The position numbers were made by a program, and so were the translations under genes. This document shows, piece after piece, positions 59,640 through 64,000 of a DNA stretch of 64,000 nucleotides. The notes under the pieces are model-generated. The model made no database searches. It was not told the DNA's origin and saw only the letters and a program-made list of their open reading frames with translations. Source of the stretch: Abditibacteriaceae bacterium (lineage in GTDB: Bacteria; Armatimonadota; Abditibacteriia; Abditibacteriales; Abditibacteriaceae); assembly GCA_965277285.1 (NCBI GenBank), contig OZ255721.1, positions 2,464,001-2,528,000 on the forward strand, given 5' to 3'. Positions within the stretch are counted from its first letter, which is position 1; each line of letters starts with the position of its first letter.

Positions 59640-59897
59640 ATGCAAACCAACAACATAACAAAAAACTTCGAGGAAACGCCCTGCTTTTGAGCGGATGAGC
59701 AAACGCCGCAAAGGCTTCCCGTCCGAAACGCGCGTCAAACGCGGACAACGCATTGTTCACGGCGACAAAGAACTGGCCGAAAAACTGGGCCGCCGCGATC
59801 TGTGTCCGTGCCATTCGGGCCGTCGGTTTCAAGAACTGCTGCCTTCGCTCCGGTCGTTATGACGGCGCCCTGCGCGCCCACTACTTTTAGGGAATAA
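59640..59897 (+). CDS. SEC-C zinc-binding mini-protein encoded across +1-shifted frames (missing from the ORF track)
   Basis: SD GGGAGGTG then ATG. Segments [16 protein letters not shown] | [47 protein letters not shown] | [19 protein letters not shown] | RE*. Confidence 0.7.
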
Positions 59898-59905
59898 GCA
59901 AACAT

Positions 59906-59940
59906 AAAGGCCGCGCTGAAACTAATCCGCGTGGCCTTTT
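59906..59940. terminator. Intrinsic terminator after the SEC-C mini-gene
   Basis: aaaggccgcgc-N12-gcgtggcctttt. Confidence 0.7.
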
Positions 59941-59961
59941 CTGTGGGAAGATTTTACAGCC

Positions 59962-60037
59962 AACTAACCGCGCGCGGAAGCAAGCGGGCTTATTCGAGAT
60001 TGCGTCAAAGCCCGCTTGCTTCCGCGCGCGGTTGGTT
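59962..60037. repeat. REP-like inverted repeat (family A relative)
   Basis: aactaaccgcgcgcggaagcaagcgggctt pairs with aagcccgcttgcttccgcgcgcggttggtt. Confidence 0.85.
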
Positions 60038-60467
60038 AACAGCTACGAACCTGCACCAATTTCTCAATCAACCGTTCCAGCGCGTTTTGCGGATCGTCGC
60101 ACAAGCCGCAATGCGCGACCGAAGTTTGAATGATGGTGCTGCGCGGCGCGACCAGCCAGTGAAACCGTTCGCGCTGCGTCATTTGCCCGATTTGTCCGGC
60201 GCGTTTTCCTCCGGCGCAAACAATTGGAATCGTCTGCAAATGCTCTTCGATTGTTTCGATGTCGACATCGGGCGCAAGCATTTTTAAGCGCGCACTATCG
60301 CAATTGATTTTCGCGTCCAGAAAACGGCGTTCGGAGCAGAACAAAATCACGCCAACGTTGAAACTTTCGCTGCGTTCGATGCGTGGCATGACACGAATAA
60401 TGACGTAATCGAAAGTGACTTTGCAGACGACTTCAGGCGAAGTTTCAGAGGAGGGCGCGTCGTGCAT
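60036..60467 (-). CDS. DUF3037 domain protein
   Basis: FDYVIIRVMPRIERSESFNVGVIL and RFHWLVAPRSTIIQTS. Confidence 0.9.
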   Translation of the reverse strand: MHDAPSSETSPEVVCKVTFDYVIIRVMPRIERSESFNVGVILFCSERRFLDAKINCDSARLKMLAPDVDIETIEEHLQTIPIVCAGGKRAGQIGQMTQRERFHWLVAPRSTIIQTSVAHCGLCDDPQNALERLIEKLVQVRSC

Positions 60468-61242
60468 TTTGCGCCTCCTCGAGCCAAAGTCGTGGCGATT
60501 CCAAACGTTTCTGCAAATACTCGACGTAAGCGGCGCGATGCAATCGAGTACTCGATTCCTCGCTTTGCGAAAACGGCGCATCCAGCAGCCAACTTTCGGG
60601 AATCAGTTCGACAATGCTTTGGATGACTTGCAATGTCAGAAGCGGCGCCAATTTCGCGTCGGCGGCTTGTAAATCATCGGCGAAAGGCAGCAAAACGTGG
60701 TCTTTGATTTGGGGAAAGCGACTGCGGCTGCGCTCGAGATAATCGTCCCAACTGTGGTGAAAATACAAACTCGCGCCGTGATCGATCAGCCACAATTGTT
60801 TATGCCAGACCAGCATATTGGTGTTGCGCACGGTGCGGTCAACATTCGTCACCAAACTGTCGAACCACACGATTTCCGACGCCAGTTGCGCGTTGTTTTC
60901 AATCGGTTTGGGCACCAGCGGATCGAAAGAAATCGAACCTGGAAGGTAATCGAGCGCGAGATTTAAGCCTGCGCTAACTTTAATCAGTTCGCGGATTTCG
61001 GAATCGGGTTCGCTGCGTCCCAGCAAAGGATCGAGTTCGACCAAGACGATTTCTGGAACCGGCAAACCCAGCATGCGCGCGATTTCGCCGCTGACGAGTT
61101 CGGAAATCAAGGCTTTGGCGCCTTGTCCGGCGCCGCGAAACTTGAGAACGTAAGTTCCGTCGTCATCCGCTTCGACAATCGCCGGCAGCGAACCACCTTC
61201 GCGCAACGGCGTGACATAACGTGTCGCGTGAACAGTTCTCAT
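60445..61242 (-). CDS. HipA-like (PI3/4K-fold) kinase, usual partner of DUF3037
   Basis: PLREGGSLP, YVLKF, NVDRTVRNTNML and WLIDHG motifs. Confidence 0.88.
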   Translation of the reverse strand: MRTVHATRYVTPLREGGSLPAIVEADDDGTYVLKFRGAGQGAKALISELVSGEIARMLGLPVPEIVLVELDPLLGRSEPDSEIRELIKVSAGLNLALDYLPGSISFDPLVPKPIENNAQLASEIVWFDSLVTNVDRTVRNTNMLVWHKQLWLIDHGASLYFHHSWDDYLERSRSRFPQIKDHVLLPFADDLQAADAKLAPLLTLQVIQSIVELIPESWLLDAPFSQSEESSTRLHRAAYVEYLQKRLESPRLWLEEAQNARRALL

Positions 61243-61721
61243 GGCGTGTTTGGTCGCGTGTCTTGCTCGCGCGTATATTGTTCGCGCACGTTGTCGATGA
61301 AGTTCTGCCACGTCTCGTTCGGCGTCCAAAGACGTTCCATGTCGGCGCGCGCGGCGTCTTCGTTTTCGCCTTGCACGAGCGTGCGATACAAATAAAGAAA
61401 CGCCGAAACGCGCATATTCATGGCGCAATGAACGAGCGTGCGACGGTCGCGGTTTTCTTCCAGCAAACGGAAAACATCGCGCGCCTCTTCGATTTGCGGC
61501 GCGTTCCACTCGACCGGAATGTGAACGTATTCCAGGCCATTTTGCCGCGCGATGTCGCTTTCATTTGGCAGAAAATTGCTGGCATTGGGCGCCGCCAGAT
61601 TGATGACAAGTTCGTAGCCCGCGTTTTTGATGACGGCAAATTGCGCGGGCGATGGTTGCCCGCTCGTCGCAATGCCATTTGGCAACAACAAAAAGTTCGG
61701 CAAGTTGGAAAGTTCGTTCAT
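61239..61721 (-). CDS. Cys-based protein tyrosine/dual-specificity phosphatase-like protein (DUF442-like)
   Basis: TSGQP, VINLA, YVHIPV and LVHCAMNMR (CX5R-like). Confidence 0.85.
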   Translation of the reverse strand: MNELSNLPNFLLLPNGIATSGQPSPAQFAVIKNAGYELVINLAAPNASNFLPNESDIARQNGLEYVHIPVEWNAPQIEEARDVFRLLEENRDRRTLVHCAMNMRVSAFLYLYRTLVQGENEDAARADMERLWTPNETWQNFIDNVREQYTREQDTRPNTP

Positions 61722-61736
61722 TCGAGTACTCGATTG

Positions 61737-62384
61737 TCAGCCCTCTATCGTTTCTAAATATTCTTGAAGGGAATCGTAATTCTTAATCATCCATTTCTCG
61801 AAACTTTGGTAGCGCAAGGCGCCAGGAAGCCAGCTTGCGATTTTCCAGCATTCCCATTCGCTGTCTTCATCCAGAACTTCGGGTGAAATCAAAAGTTGGC
61901 AATTATCGGTTACATCACTAATGCTTAACAAGTTGTCAACATAAGCCATACGATATTCGCCGGGGTCATCTTCTGCATCGGGGCTGTTTTGTGATCTGGC
62001 TTGTAGATGTTCTTCTGCTGACAAGTCGGGCGGCGATCCGTAAGGGAGTGCCTGTAATCCGTAATCTACAACGCCAAACGGATCGTAATCGCGCACCCAT
62101 TGTATGTGTTCGACAGCCCAGAGCGCGCCTGGTTGACCATTCCATCTCATCAGCGGCCAACCGTTGCTCACTTTCAAAAACGTGCGATAAGAATCGGGAA
62201 GTCGCGCGCCTAATCGTTCTTCAACGGCGATAATTTGCTCTTCAGTCGCGCCTTCAAAGCCGATGTAGCCGCGCGCGTGATCTTCCGGCGAGAACAACAG
62301 TTCATCAAAGCCTTCCTTGATGTCGATGTCCAACAGGAGACGACTGAGTTCGTGCAGAAAATCGCGCCATTGGGTTTCGTTCAT
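61737..62384 (-). CDS. SMI1/KNR4 (SUKH) family protein
   Basis: GATEEQIIAVEERLGARLPDSYRTFLKVSNG. Confidence 0.9.
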   Translation of the reverse strand: MNETQWRDFLHELSRLLLDIDIKEGFDELLFSPEDHARGYIGFEGATEEQIIAVEERLGARLPDSYRTFLKVSNGWPLMRWNGQPGALWAVEHIQWVRDYDPFGVVDYGLQALPYGSPPDLSAEEHLQARSQNSPDAEDDPGEYRMAYVDNLLSISDVTDNCQLLISPEVLDEDSEWECWKIASWLPGALRYQSFEKWMIKNYDSLQEYLETIEG

Positions 62385-62405
62385 AGGATTCGAGTACTCG
62401 ATTGC

Positions 62406-62876
62406 TTATAGTTTCAGTTCTCGGCGGAAAAGCCAGTGCAGAAAAGTCCAGAAATCGGATGCAATTTGATGGTTTAATTCGTCATAATCTACTTCGTGAT
62501 CGACAAAGAAAATCGGACAACTTGTTAAATCGTCAGGATCAAGAACGGCGACATAGTAATTGCCACAACCGTCGCCAGCCACAGGAAGCCATTTGTTTTT
62601 GCGCCACTCTGGTTCGTATGCCAGATGACTTTCGATGTCGAGAAACGGACGGTCGGGACGAATTCCATAAACGCCGCCTTCCGCGACATTGGGGCCGTTA
62701 CAAAACAATAACCAATCTTCGATTTGATGCGGCACACGGAATTGTGTGCGCTGCTCAAAATCACGAAGTTGCTGCGCCGTCGCACCTTCCGGCAATTTAT
62801 CTTCGGGAGAAATCGGCACCAAAGGAAGTAAACGCAAGGCTTCTTGTGCGGCAACGGAGAGTTTCATTATGGCCAA
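62406..62876 (-). CDS. SMI1/KNR4 (SUKH) family protein
   Basis: GATAQQLRDFEQRTQFRVP...WLLFCNG, VAGDGCGNYY and IASDFWTFL. Confidence 0.88.
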   Translation of the reverse strand: MAIMKLSVAAQEALRLLPLVPISPEDKLPEGATAQQLRDFEQRTQFRVPHQIEDWLLFCNGPNVAEGGVYGIRPDRPFLDIESHLAYEPEWRKNKWLPVAGDGCGNYYVAVLDPDDLTSCPIFFVDHEVDYDELNHQIASDFWTFLHWLFRRELKL

Positions 62877-63418
62877 GTTCGGACGTATTTGAAATTCGGC
62901 AAATCGTCTGCGTTTTCTTCTCGATACCCCATGACGGCGATGGTTTTTTGGCTTTCCGGCCTTTGTAAAAACGCCAAAATGTGTTTTGATGCCTGGTTGT
63001 TGGCAAGGCTGGCCGCTTCTTGAAAAAGTTGGTTCGGGTCAGCTCCGATTTTTACAGCACTATGATAATGCATACTGACTTTCATGAGCCGTTCGCGGTA
63101 GTCACTGGCAGGCTCAGAAACCACTAAAGCAGCCAAGCCATACGCGATGTACTTTGAATTCGACTCGCGTACGGATCGTTGCGCTGCTCGCCTACTGTAA
63201 CTAAGCAAAATATCTGCGAAATTCATCTTTATCTTGCTGAAGATTTGATTTCTTCCCGCTTCGTCAGCCTGGATGAAGTAGCCAATGAGTTCATCCAGAA
63301 AATTGTCGATTGTATCAGGAATGGAAGTTTTGAAGTACTGCTCTCTGTCTTCATCCTTCAACAAATCAATGATTTGTTCTGCTTCTCTTTGTATCATTCC
63401 ACCACCTCGCGGTTTCAT
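62867..63418 (-). CDS. Hypothetical helical protein (possible immunity protein)
   Basis: 183 aa, AT-richer, overlaps the SUKH gene start. Confidence 0.65.
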   Translation of the reverse strand: MKPRGGGMIQREAEQIIDLLKDEDREQYFKTSIPDTIDNFLDELIGYFIQADEAGRNQIFSKIKMNFADILLSYSRRAAQRSVRESNSKYIAYGLAALVVSEPASDYRERLMKVSMHYHSAVKIGADPNQLFQEAASLANNQASKHILAFLQRPESQKTIAVMGYREENADDLPNFKYVRTWP

Positions 63419-63451
63419 TTGCAGGAATCGAGTACTCGAATTGGCGAGACA

Positions 63452-63757
63452 TCAGCCGTGCCAAGCGTAATACATTCCCTGATTGTAGAGGCGCGCGAGG
63501 TTATCTTCGTCTAAAAACGGAAAACGCGCGAGAATCTGCGTTTGGGCTTCTGCGCGCGTTTGTTCCCGGTTGTAAACCTTTTCGTGTTGCGCAAAGCTGA
63601 AACTTTGCACGTCATGGAACAAGTTCACCAGATGCTCGATTTGAATTTCGTACAATTCGGGATGCTTTTGGCGAATGCGCAACGCTAAGGGCACGCGGCG
63701 AGAGGCGCCCCATTCCAGACCGAGGCTCACGGCTTCGTTGCGCAGCGCATCGCTCAT
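63452..63757 (-). CDS. Hypothetical protein
   Basis: 101 aa with LEWG...LARLYNQGMYYAWHG. Confidence 0.7.
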   Translation of the reverse strand: MSDALRNEAVSLGLEWGASRRVPLALRIRQKHPELYEIQIEHLVNLFHDVQSFSFAQHEKVYNREQTRAEAQTQILARFPFLDEDNLARLYNQGMYYAWHG

Positions 63758-63784
63758 CTCGAGTACTCGATTTACATAGTCCGC

Positions 63785-64000
63785 TTACAAATCCAGATCA
63801 CCGACCAGGCGGCGGAAGCGTTCTTCCTCATCGGCTTTGGAGGCGGCTTCTGCGGGTTCGGGCGCGCTGGGCGTAAAAGGCGGCGCGTCGTTGCTGGGCG
63901 TTAAGTCCTGCATTTCGCCTTCGGGCGCGATGGCGACCAGTTCATTCAAAACCGCGCCGTCTACGAAAACCGGACATTGAGCGCGCACCGCCAGAGCAAT
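63785..64000 (-). CDS. Bifunctional nuclease (DUF151) C-terminal part, start outside the window
   Basis: IALAVRAQCPVFVDGAVL resembles the DUF151 (RPSD)AIALAxRxxxPIxV motif. Confidence 0.7.
   Translation of the reverse strand: MALAVRAQCPVFVDGAVLNELVAIAPEGEMQDLTPSNDAPPFTPSAPEPAEAASKADEEERFRRLVGDLDL

Larger units (their letters stand above)
42..63770. repeat. Highly iterated 12-bp palindrome TCGAGTACTCGA (about 54 perfect dispersed copies)
   Basis: Perfect copies read by eye start at 42,1062,1850,3947,5753,7404,7642,8440,10729,13191,14785,17536,17989,19990,21383,22331,22870,23490,24258,24654,25589,26988,27931,29181,30145,32395,34059,34571,34888,35684,36348,40682,41315,42377,44885,45464,45975,46927,48031,49776,50688,50744,51891,52454,53463,54762,55368,58144,59578,60544,61722,62390,63428,63759. 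One-mismatch copies include 287,2467,3086,4513,6269,6600,8176,11719,15429,15780,16683,18810,27592,30980,30996,38390,39401,39910,56893. Confidence 0.97.

Noticed and set aside
42..63770. Palindrome copies as CRISPR repeats or integron attC sites
   Set aside because: They are only 12-14 bp, irregularly spaced and often inside CDS. There are no cas or integrase genes and no attC R-box structure.
42..63770. Palindrome as a cloning linker or assembly artefact
   Set aside because: Coding copies keep reading frames intact, near-copies differ at synonymous positions, and some copies are built into native hairpins. Disfavoured, though reads should still be checked.

Overview
GC-rich bacterial chromosomal window. 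Gene content (Flp pilin, DUF5693-csaB, mcsAB, frr-uppS-dxr-rseP-ispG) suggests a Terrabacteria lineage such as Armatimonadota/Abditibacteriota, which is inference only. It holds about 57 CDS of housekeeping and accessory type. No rRNA, tRNA, CRISPR array or transposase was recognised. Two signals are not explained by the ORF track. (1) The palindrome TCGAGTACTCGA (usually W-TCGAGTACTCGA-W) occurs about 54 times perfectly by manual count, plus roughly 20 near copies. It sits in most intergenic spacers, inside terminator and REP hairpins, and in all three reading frames of coding regions (SSTR / RVL(D/E) / EYS), resembling a HIP1-like highly iterated palindrome. (2) An unannotated mini-gene at 59640-59897 forms a complete SEC-C zinc-binding protein only through successive +1 shifts, each at a TTT (Phe) codon. 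Also seen: a degenerate CdsA-like gene in the canonical cdsA slot, an orphan BREX-like brxA/brxC(DUF6079) pair, a membrane pseudokinase, an SDR with an in-frame TGA, a TetX-like monooxygenase, a palindrome-delimited run of SMI1/KNR4 and orphan genes, apparent leaderless genes, and several REP-like hairpin families.
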